NCBI GenBank assembly: GCA_946624065.1 | Contig: CAMORT010000003.1 | Location: 3,593 to 67,592, forward strand | Source of the DNA: an uncultured Bacteroidales bacterium | Lineage (GTDB): Bacteria > Bacteroidota > Bacteroidia > Bacteroidales > WCHB1-69 | Direction: 5' to 3' | DNA length: 64,000 nt | Shown here: piece after piece, positions 56,735 to 64,000 of the stretch | Numbering within the stretch: position 1 is the first letter of the stretch | Layout: every line of letters starts with the position of its first letter | Notes under the pieces: model-generated | What the model saw: only the letters and a program-made list of their open reading frames with translations | Told to the model about the DNA's origin: nothing | Database searches by the model: none | Made by a program: the position numbers and the translations under genes

Positions 56735-57847
56735 ATGGTAATAAAAGAGGTGTTGACCAAGCGGGATATTCGGGACTTTGTACGCTTTCCGAAACAACTG
56801 TATAAAGGTTGTCCCTATTTTGTGCCTTCCTTGGAAAAAGGAGAGGTCAAAATCATGACGAAACATCCGGCTTTGGCCTTTTGCGATGCCAAATTCTGGC
56901 TTGCTTATCGCGATGGCAAGATTGTGGGTCGCATTGGAGGCGTGATTAACCGGAAATGCAACGAGGTGAAGGGTCAGCGGCGGGTGCGCTTTGGCTGGTT
57001 CGACGCCATCGATGATGCGGAGGTGGCTAAGGCGTTGTTTGATACCGTGGAACAGTGGGGCAGGCAGCATGGAATGATCGAGATCTCAGGGCCGTCGCGT
57101 TACTCCAATATGGAAAAACAGGCTATGCTGGTGGACGGATTTGAATTTATGCCCTCCATTTGTGCCGATTATAATTACGACTACTATCCCAAATTGGTCG
57201 AAAATCTGGGTTTTGAAAAAGAAGTGGATTATATCCAATATAAAGTGCCAGTGAGAGAAGTTCCGGAGCGAATCAAGAAACTATCGGCCATGATGACGGA
57301 AAAATATCATGTCCATTTGCGACATTTCAAACGAAAAGAGGAGTTGAAAATATCCGGCAAGGAGTTTTTCCATGCCCTTAACCGCAGTTATGCGGATTTG
57401 TACAATTTCATTCCGCTAACAGAAGAGGAGATTGAATGGGCAGTGGACGAGAATTTTCAGGTGGCCAATGTCCAACTATCCTCAATGCTTGAGGATGAGA
57501 ACGGTAAGTTGGTGGGCTTCGCGTTCTGCCTGCCTTCGTTGAGCGAGGCCTACCGGAAAGCCAATGGCCATTTGTTCCCGTTGGGTTGGATTCATATTCT
57601 CAGAGCGTTGAAGCACAATGAGTATGTGGATATGTACCTCACTGGAGTGCTTCCAGAATATCACAGCAGTGGCATCCATGCTATTTATCATCAGCAGTTG
57701 CATGAGGCGTTTCTGCGAAATGGCTATAAGTATGCCTTCTCTTCGCAGCAGCTTGAGAACAATACAGCGGCACGCATCTGGCCGAAATACGGCGCCGAGT
57801 TGGCCGCCAGAAGAAGATGTTATAAGAAAACTCTTTCCAATGAATAG
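56735..57847 (+). CDS. 370-aa GNAT-fold-like (acyl-CoA N-acyltransferase-like) protein; function unknown
   Basis: Two-lobed layout, with a C-terminal lobe ending GVLPEYHSSGIHAIYHQQL...NGYKYAFSSQQLENN that resembles a GNAT core. The assignment is tentative. Confidence 0.45.
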   Translation: MVIKEVLTKRDIRDFVRFPKQLYKGCPYFVPSLEKGEVKIMTKHPALAFCDAKFWLAYRDGKIVGRIGGVINRKCNEVKGQRRVRFGWFDAIDDAEVAKALFDTVEQWGRQHGMIEISGPSRYSNMEKQAMLVDGFEFMPSICADYNYDYYPKLVENLGFEKEVDYIQYKVPVREVPERIKKLSAMMTEKYHVHLRHFKRKEELKISGKEFFHALNRSYADLYNFIPLTEEEIEWAVDENFQVANVQLSSMLEDENGKLVGFAFCLPSLSEAYRKANGHLFPLGWIHILRALKHNEYVDMYLTGVLPEYHSSGIHAIYHQQLHEAFLRNGYKYAFSSQQLENNTAARIWPKYGAELAARRRCYKKTLSNE

Positions 57848-58628
57848 CAATGCCCGACAATATGCCTTAGTGACGGGCGCGAGCCGCGGTTTGGGCAAGT
57901 CCATAGCCTTGGAACTCGCGCGCCGTAACATTCCCACCATTCTGGTGGGTACTAACGAGCGTGTGCGTGCAGTGTGCGATGAGATTGTGACTACCTATCA
58001 TGTACCGTCTGAATGCTATATCACCGATTTGACAAAAAAGAAGAATGTGCTCGCTATGGCAGAAGCCATTAATTGTCAGTTTGAGGTGTTTATGCTGATA
58101 AACAATGCTGGGGTGGGGGGGACTAAACGCTTTGAAGACGCCGATATCTCTTATTTGGAGAATATTATCAATTTGAATGTGCGTTGCACCACACTGCTGA
58201 CACATGAACTGTTGCCCAATCTGAAACGTCAGCCCAAGAGTTACATATTGAATGTAGGTAGTATGGCGGCATTTACGCCCGCCGGTTTCAAGACGGTGTA
58301 TCCTGCCAGCAAGAGTTTTGTGCTTGCGTTCTCCTTGGGGTTACGCGAGGAGTTGAAGAAAACCTCTGTGTCGGTAAGTGTGGCTTCACCCGGTGCCATG
58401 GCTACCAATCCGGATGTGACACAACGTATTTTGAAACAGGGTTTCTTCGGCAAGTTTACTTTGAAATCCACTGAGAATATTGCGCAAAAGTGTGTGCGTC
58501 AAACACTTCGAGGGAAACGCAAGATTGTCATCAATCCCTTGAGCCAATTCCTGTCGGCCATAGTCCCCGAACGCTGTAGAACCCGGATGCTTTCCAAAAT
58601 AGTGCGAAGGGAAATATGCGGTTGGTGA
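57840..58628 (+). CDS. SDR-family oxidoreductase
   Basis: ALVTGASRGLGKSIALELA (TGxxxGxG), NNAG, and YPASKSF (YxxxK). The start overlaps the upstream stop (ATGAATAG). Confidence 0.88.
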   Translation: MNSNARQYALVTGASRGLGKSIALELARRNIPTILVGTNERVRAVCDEIVTTYHVPSECYITDLTKKKNVLAMAEAINCQFEVFMLINNAGVGGTKRFEDADISYLENIINLNVRCTTLLTHELLPNLKRQPKSYILNVGSMAAFTPAGFKTVYPASKSFVLAFSLGLREELKKTSVSVSVASPGAMATNPDVTQRILKQGFFGKFTLKSTENIAQKCVRQTLRGKRKIVINPLSQFLSAIVPERCRTRMLSKIVRREICGW

Positions 58629-58651
58629 TCTCCCGTCTCCCCAACATCCCC

Positions 58652-59095
58652 CTAAAAGCACTTCACTATCCGCTCCAGCCAGAGTTGGTCCACTTCGTCG
58701 AAGGTGTTGTAATGCTCGCTGTCAATATCGAGCACGCCGATGATATGGTCATTGCGGAACACAGGCACCACAATTTCGCTGTTGGAAGCGCTGCTGCAGG
58801 CGATGTGGCCCTTGAACTGGTGCACATCGGGAACCACCAGCGTGCGTTGCTCCTGCCAGGCGGTTCCGCACACACCGCGCCCGTAAGCGATGCGCGTGCA
58901 CGCCAGCGGTCCTTGGAACGGACCTAATACCAGCTCGTTGCCGATTACTCTGTAAAATCCTGTCCACCAGAAGTGGAAGGTGTCGTGAATGGCTGCCGCC
59001 ATATTGGCCATCAGCGCGATGTCATCTGTTTCGCCTTCCGCCAAAGACTGCACCTGACGGAGCAGCAAGTCGTATTTTTGTTCTTTATCGTTCAT
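58652..59095 (-). CDS. GAF-domain protein (free methionine-(R)-sulfoxide reductase / YebR-like)
   Basis: FWWTGFYRV...LVLGPFQGPLACTRIAYGRGVCGTA...HIACSSASNSEIVVP is the typical pattern. Confidence 0.8.
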   Translation of the reverse strand: MNDKEQKYDLLLRQVQSLAEGETDDIALMANMAAAIHDTFHFWWTGFYRVIGNELVLGPFQGPLACTRIAYGRGVCGTAWQEQRTLVVPDVHQFKGHIACSSASNSEIVVPVFRNDHIIGVLDIDSEHYNTFDEVDQLWLERIVKCF

Positions 59096-59098
59096 ATT

Positions 59099-59701
59099 CT
59101 AATGGTAAAAAATACATCCAAAATAAAATCGGGGTCCTATCGGCATGAGCAGGTTCCCGTTCGAGATGCTGTTTAGACAGTCGGCCTTCAAAGTCAGATG
59201 AACGGATTTGGTGATGATGAAGTCGCAGCCGATGAACGGGTCGATGGCCATGAATGGCTGTTTGTGGAACACGGCGTTGTGCTCCGGTTGCCAGTCCGTC
59301 CTGTCGCCATCAAACATCAGCAGGGTGGTGCACGCGCCTCCGCCAACCGTGACTCCGATGTAAGGCATCACATACTTGAATGGCCAGTAGAACTCGCCCA
59401 GGAATCCGCCCCAGCCATATTTGATGTAACTGCCGTTCTTCATCTGCCGTAAGGTTGACACATATCCTTCGCCACCAATCATCCAATGCTTGCCGAGGTG
59501 CGCGCGCGCCACACCCCCAAGTCCGAAAGTGGCGCCTTTGGCTTGGTATTGTATGGATGGAATATGCCCCTGGAGATACCCGGCATGTATCATCATGCCG
59601 CCGTCAAATCCTTGGAATACACGGCGCTTTTCCTGCGCAAACCCCGTGAAGGTTATGGTGAGAATGAGAAGAGTGGAGAGAACCGTTGCGATTTTTTTCA
59701 T
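59099..59701 (-). CDS. small outer-membrane beta-barrel protein
   Basis: Signal peptide MKKIATVLSTLLILTITFTGFAQ, G/aromatic-rich strands and an aromatic C-terminus (FGCIFYH). Confidence 0.55.
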   Translation of the reverse strand: MKKIATVLSTLLILTITFTGFAQEKRRVFQGFDGGMMIHAGYLQGHIPSIQYQAKGATFGLGGVARAHLGKHWMIGGEGYVSTLRQMKNGSYIKYGWGGFLGEFYWPFKYVMPYIGVTVGGGACTTLLMFDGDRTDWQPEHNAVFHKQPFMAIDPFIGCDFIITKSVHLTLKADCLNSISNGNLLMPIGPRFYFGCIFYH

Positions 59702-59736
59702 TATTCCTGTTTATGGCTGCAAAAATAACAAAAACG

Positions 59737-61167
59737 CTATTTTTTGATGATTTTGGTGCAAGAGCCTCCGGCTTTTACAAAGTAAATGCCTGCAGGGTAG
59801 GATTGAACATTGAGTTGGATTTGGCTGTCGTGGCAGATCTCGCTTGCCATCAATTGGCCAAACACATTGTAAACCTCAATGGTCGTATTTGGCTGTAAAT
59901 TGTTGATATTTAAAATGCTGTGGCACGGGTTAGGATAGGCGACCAGCGTGTTGGCGAAAGTTTCATCCTCGATACTGTTGGGCATCCAACCGTTCATGAT
60001 GGCCACGCCGGAGAGATCAAATCCGCTGCTGCCCCAGGGGGTGGGGTAGGGGTCGTTGATAATATGGCCGTTCTTGTCAATGGAACCATATTGCGGGTCA
60101 ATGCAACCCACCACATCCACGATGCGCACATGCGTGATGTTGTTGATATCCAGATTGCTGTAACCTGCCAGTTCTTCCAAATCAAACGGAGTGCCCCAGC
60201 CCACAAGGTATTTGCCTGCCAGATTGTGGATTTTCCGTGGATTGATAGCACCGCCATTGGTCACTTGGGTGTTGGCCTGGGTGTTGGATACAGAGGGGAA
60301 ACGGTAGTAATGCTCGCCATCTGAACTAACCTCCACAAACGCCTGTTCCAGAAATGTGCTGTTCAGGGAATTCTCGAAAACGGCGAAGTCGTAACCCTCA
60401 CCGTTGCTGATAGGTTGGTCAAAGGTCAGCACGGCTGTGCCCGCATCGCCCAAACTGACCACGCCGTCGGTGGTGGATTCGCTGCTGGGACCGACGCCGT
60501 CGTTGTCGCTGCCGTAATCGGCGTATCCCAGCGATTCGTTCGAGATCCGTTTCAGTCCGCGGGTGATGTAGCAATCCGTAGCCCACCCGATGATAGCCGG
60601 GTCGTCAAAATAAATGGCTTGGCATCCCACAGTGCCCACGGAGTCATCAAACTCCAGTGTGGTCTGGTCGGGAAGTGCCACGGGCATCACGGGAGTTGTC
60701 CATGCGTAGTTGAAGTTGGTGTCGCTTTCGCCACAACTCTCGTCGCCGAATTTCACGAAGTCGCCGTCACCAACGCGTTGTGTGTTGTACCCCCATTGCG
60801 CGCCGGAACCGTTGATGTTGTACATCCACCAGTTTCCAGTGAGCTGGAGATGGAGGTTCCCCTCATGGAAATTGATGCTGTCAATCATGCCGTTGAAACC
60901 GCTGAAACTGAAGCGGTCGTCATAGATGGCGATGGTGTGCAACAGGTCGGCCACCAGGGCGCTATCGCTGTCGAAGTGCACGCCCCACGCCAAACAGGTG
61001 TCCGGTGTGGCCCAGTTTACGGCCACAACCGCCAGTCTGTCGCCGTTGCCCACCCAATAAGCCACATCCGTGGCGGGAATGGTGGAGTCGTCCGGCAAAT
61101 CTCCATGTTGGGCTCGAAGTCCTAAGGCGAAAATGGATAGAAGCAATAAACACAAAATCTTTTTCAT
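59737..61167 (-). CDS. secreted protein with a T9SS type A C-terminal sorting domain
   Basis: Signal peptide MKKILCLLLLSIFALGLRAQ at the corrected start. C-terminus LVAYPNPCHSILNI...IEVYNVFGQLM...YPAGIYFVKA. Confidence 0.75.
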   Translation of the reverse strand: MKKILCLLLLSIFALGLRAQHGDLPDDSTIPATDVAYWVGNGDRLAVVAVNWATPDTCLAWGVHFDSDSALVADLLHTIAIYDDRFSFSGFNGMIDSINFHEGNLHLQLTGNWWMYNINGSGAQWGYNTQRVGDGDFVKFGDESCGESDTNFNYAWTTPVMPVALPDQTTLEFDDSVGTVGCQAIYFDDPAIIGWATDCYITRGLKRISNESLGYADYGSDNDGVGPSSESTTDGVVSLGDAGTAVLTFDQPISNGEGYDFAVFENSLNSTFLEQAFVEVSSDGEHYYRFPSVSNTQANTQVTNGGAINPRKIHNLAGKYLVGWGTPFDLEELAGYSNLDINNITHVRIVDVVGCIDPQYGSIDKNGHIINDPYPTPWGSSGFDLSGVAIMNGWMPNSIEDETFANTLVAYPNPCHSILNINNLQPNTTIEVYNVFGQLMASEICHDSQIQLNVQSYPAGIYFVKAGGSCTKIIKK

Positions 61168-61474
61168 TTTTTGAAAGTTTTTAGTTTTACAAAATGTGCC
61201 ATTGCTTTGGGAAAAGTTTTGGAACACGACCTGTGTTCCGTGTTGGCCTACCTCCCGAAGCTGTTCACTATGTTCTTTCCAGCAGGTTTTCTGGCTTGTC
61301 TCTTTCGCCCTCGGCCTTCCCATTGAATACAACAGTGGCTTGTTTGACGGCGGTTGCCGGAGACTTACAGCAGCGGGTACTGCACAGGATTCGCACCTGT
61401 TTCCCTCTCACATCCCCATACGGGAATTGTTCACTGGAAATCACGGCAAAAATACAAAAAATACGGGATTTTTG

Positions 61475-61482
61475 TATCTTTG
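61475..61482 (+). promoter_or_regulatory. -7 promoter box TAtcTTTG for the flippase gene
   Basis: TAnnTTTG, 30 nt upstream of the ATG at 61512. Confidence 0.5.
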
Positions 61483-61511
61483 CATCTTTGTTATATACGA
61501 CAAAAGAGTTC

Positions 61512-62801
61512 ATGGGATTGGTAAGCAAATTTCAAGAATGGCAAAAGAAAGAGTTCGTTCGCAATTCTTTCATGCTGTTGTCAACCAGCACATTGGCGCA
61601 AATTATCAGTTTCGGGGTGTATCCGTTGCTGACCCGTTTGTACACGCCTGAGGATTTCGGTGTGGTGAATGTGCTGTTGAGCATAGTGGGACTCTTGGCC
61701 ATCCTGTCCACGGGACGCTATGAGCCCGCACTGGTGCTGGAGCGCGACGACAAGTCTGCCAAGTCGCTGTTTCAACTGATTGTGCTGATTAATCTGGGCT
61801 TGTTTGTCGTTGGCCAACTTGTGTTTACCCTATTTGCCCGTCCTATTGGCTCGCTGTTTCATACGACAGGTAACATGGAACGGTGGTTGCCGCTGATTCC
61901 CGTCATGGTTCTAATGGCTGGTCTGTGGCAATGCCTTAATAATTTTTGTGTGCGTCAAAAAAAGTTCAAGGTTATTGGAGAGTACAATATGGTGAAAAGC
62001 ACCTCCAATGCGGGTTTGAAGCTGGCCTTTGGGTATGCCGGAATGCTCCGCTCGGGTTTGGTGGTTTCCACTATCATTGCATATTTCTCGGCTCTTGCGC
62101 TATCGCTTGTGCGAATGGGAAAGCAATTGAAGGGAATTTTTGAAATAGACAAACAGCAAATGCGCGAGATGGCGGTGAAATATGCCAACTTCCCGAAATT
62201 TGAGTTGCCCAATGCCCTTTCCAATATGCTGGCAGGCAATTTGCCGATGCTTCTGCTTCCATTTTTCTTCGGAATGGATGAGATTGGCATGTTTTCGCTG
62301 GCTTTGACGCTTGGTTTTTGCCCCGTGGGTCTTTTTACGGGTTCCATGGATCAGGTGTTATACAAGAATATGGTGGAAAAATATCATAATCAGGAATCGC
62401 TGAAGCCCGTGGTATCCCGCTTTTGTCGGAATACGGCGGTTGGTTTATTGCCGTTTTTTGTCCTCTTTTTCTTCATTGCCGAATGGTTTTTCACAGTCTT
62501 GTTTGGCGCGCAATGGTCGCAGGCGGGCGTCTATTTCAAAATCATGCTACCATGGCTGTTCATGGTCACCATGACGGCCTCGCTGACCGCTGTTCCGAAG
62601 ATTTTTTTCAAACAGCGCACCGCCATGCTGATCGAGTTTACCTATATCTTCTTCCGTGTGGCCGCTCTGTTTGTCGGCATTTGGAGAAACGATTTCACTC
62701 TTGCGGTGATTTGCTTCAGCGCGGTGTCGGCCATAATGGTTACGGTGCAACTCGTATGGTATTTTTCCCTTATTAGTCGTCACGAAAAATGTTTGAAATA
62801 A
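61512..62801 (+). CDS. oligosaccharide flippase (Wzx / MOP-superfamily polysaccharide biosynthesis protein)
   Basis: About 12 TM segments. The N-terminus (FVRNSFMLLSTSTLAQIISFGVYPLLTRLYTPEDFG) is typical of Wzx-like proteins. The track's 5' extension is rejected. Confidence 0.8.
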   Translation: MGLVSKFQEWQKKEFVRNSFMLLSTSTLAQIISFGVYPLLTRLYTPEDFGVVNVLLSIVGLLAILSTGRYEPALVLERDDKSAKSLFQLIVLINLGLFVVGQLVFTLFARPIGSLFHTTGNMERWLPLIPVMVLMAGLWQCLNNFCVRQKKFKVIGEYNMVKSTSNAGLKLAFGYAGMLRSGLVVSTIIAYFSALALSLVRMGKQLKGIFEIDKQQMREMAVKYANFPKFELPNALSNMLAGNLPMLLLPFFFGMDEIGMFSLALTLGFCPVGLFTGSMDQVLYKNMVEKYHNQESLKPVVSRFCRNTAVGLLPFFVLFFFIAEWFFTVLFGAQWSQAGVYFKIMLPWLFMVTMTASLTAVPKIFFKQRTAMLIEFTYIFFRVAALFVGIWRNDFTLAVICFSAVSAIMVTVQLVWYFSLISRHEKCLK

Positions 62802-64000
62802 AGCTTACACATCATAACGGTTACGCATGGTACGATAATGGTACTGTGTTCGTCAAGGGTCTCCTGTTTGTGTCTGACACCTTGTTGAAAGGACCCGATT
62901 TGGTAGATTTTTTTGCGGAGTGTTCTAATCCTGAACAATTTAAGAAAAGGTTGGAGAAGGCGAACGGCATATTTTCGGTTGTGGTGAAAAAAGACACTCA
63001 ATTGTGGGTAGCCGTTGATCGATTGCGCTGTTTCCCAATATTTTACAGAAAGAAAGATAACATTGTTCGAGTTGGAGATGACGTGGACGCTTTGTTTGAT
63101 GCAAAGGAACCCAAAGTCTGTAATAGGGAGGCGCGTCAGATGTTTGCCGCATCCGGATATACGGTGGGTGAGGATACGCTGGTGGAGGGCGTGAACCAGG
63201 TACAGGCGGGTGAGTGGGTGCTGTTTGAAGGGAATGGTATGAAGCGTGACTTCTATTTCCGTTTTTCCGCTCCGGTGCGCCCTGTGTCGTACGAACAAGC
63301 CAAACGCGAATTGCACATGTTGCTTGACCGCGTGGGCAAGCGATTGGTTCAGGCGTTGAATGGTTGCCCGGTGGCCGTGCCGCTTAGCGGTGGCCTGGAC
63401 TCCCGACTCATCGCGCATCTGCTGCATGAGAATGACTGTCAGAATGTTATCTGTTTCACATACGGAAAAAAATCGGACAATGACGAGTGGCAGCGCTCCA
63501 AACAGGTGGCCGAGCACTATGGTTATCCCTGGTTTTTTGTGGATTACGAGAATGTGGATGTGACGAACCTGCTCTCTGATGAGCATTTTCTATCCTATTG
63601 CCATTATGCCGCACAATACAGTTCGAAATTCTATTTCTCGGAGTATTTTGCCGCCCGGTTCCTGCAGGAGGCGGGGCACATGGCATCAAACACGGTTTTT
63701 GTGCCAGGTCATTCCGGGGATATGATTGCGGGAAGCCATCTCCGTCCCTATATGCGAAAATATCAGTCGGTGAATCAGATAGTGGACGATCTGTTATACA
63801 CGCACTTTAATCTGGTTGAAACCACCTGCGCTGACAGGCGGTTGTTCCGTAAACGGTTGGCGCAACAGTTGCGCCAAATGCGTGACGATAGGGAGAACCT
63901 GTATTCCCTGCTGGAGTGTTGGGATGTGCGCGAGCGGCAGGCTAAGTATATTGTCAATTCCTGCAAATTGTGGGAGTTTACGGGCAACTCATATCTGCTT
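62789..64000 (+). CDS. asparagine-synthase-like PP-loop protein (partial; continues past the window end)
   Basis: My own translation is open for 404 codons from ATG 62789 to the window end. It has the PP-loop AVPLSGGLDSRLIA. The N-terminus MFEIKL lacks the Cys2 amidotransferase nucleophile. It is missing from the ORF track because no stop falls in the window. Confidence 0.75.
   Translation, partial: MFEIKLTHHNGYAWYDNGTVFVKGLLFVSDTLLKGPDLVDFFAECSNPEQFKKRLEKANGIFSVVVKKDTQLWVAVDRLRCFPIFYRKKDNIVRVGDDVDALFDAKEPKVCNREARQMFAASGYTVGEDTLVEGVNQVQAGEWVLFEGNGMKRDFYFRFSAPVRPVSYEQAKRELHMLLDRVGKRLVQALNGCPVAVPLSGGLDSRLIAHLLHENDCQNVICFTYGKKSDNDEWQRSKQVAEHYGYPWFFVDYENVDVTNLLSDEHFLSYCHYAAQYSSKFYFSEYFAARFLQEAGHMASNTVFVPGHSGDMIAGSHLRPYMRKYQSVNQIVDDLLYTHFNLVETTCADRRLFRKRLAQQLRQMRDDRENLYSLLECWDVRERQAKYIVNSCKLWEFTGNSYLL

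Noticed and set aside
62780-63586. 268-aa minus-strand ORF offered by the track
   Set aside because: The plus strand carries an open-ended Asn-synthase-like frame with a PP-loop motif. The minus ORF is its shadow.

Overview
This is a 64-kb chromosomal segment from a Bacteroidota (Bacteroidales-like) genome. The assignment rests on T9SS type A and type B C-terminal sorting domains, the DUF4270, DUF4292 and DUF4956 families, and TAnnTTTG -7 promoter boxes 15-50 nt upstream of many starts. Most of the window is housekeeping. It holds a 13-gene ribosomal-protein block (rplV to rpsE), yqeY-lpxB, queG, kdsD, rsmI, eno, a fumC / prsW / malic enzyme / histidine kinase string with a convergent response regulator, clpB, pcm, dnaA, recJ, a CDF transporter, the DUF4270 and glycogen-synthase pair, two tRNA-Leu genes, an MFS transporter, an OmpA-family protein, and the start of a polysaccharide locus (flippase plus an Asn-synthase-like gene). 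Accessory content includes a 2359-aa modular T9SS surface protein, two type-B-CTD proteins, a VTC/DUF4956/DUF2490 cluster and a 773-aa membrane protein of unknown function. The best candidate for something new is a 4.7-kb insertion at tRNA-Leu(CAG), bounded by a perfect 21-bp direct repeat and lacking an integrase. It carries an AT-rich two-gene module: a 251-aa unknown protein, followed 1 nt later by an agmatine-deiminase/PAD-fold enzyme fused to about 10 Sel1 repeats. It also carries a YhcG-type PD-(D/E)xK nuclease. The second notable signal is a family of 77-113-nt intergenic tracts built from degenerate 7-nt units (TCTCAAG / GTCCCAC / ATCTCAA). Together with two 82-85-nt single-base-depleted tracts, these are mostly C-rich and G-poor on the transcribed strand. 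The ribosomal supercluster is also broken at both ends: rpsJ to rpsS is missing upstream, and rpmD-rplO-secY is missing downstream. All calls come from reading the sequence and ORF translations by eye. No database search was run.
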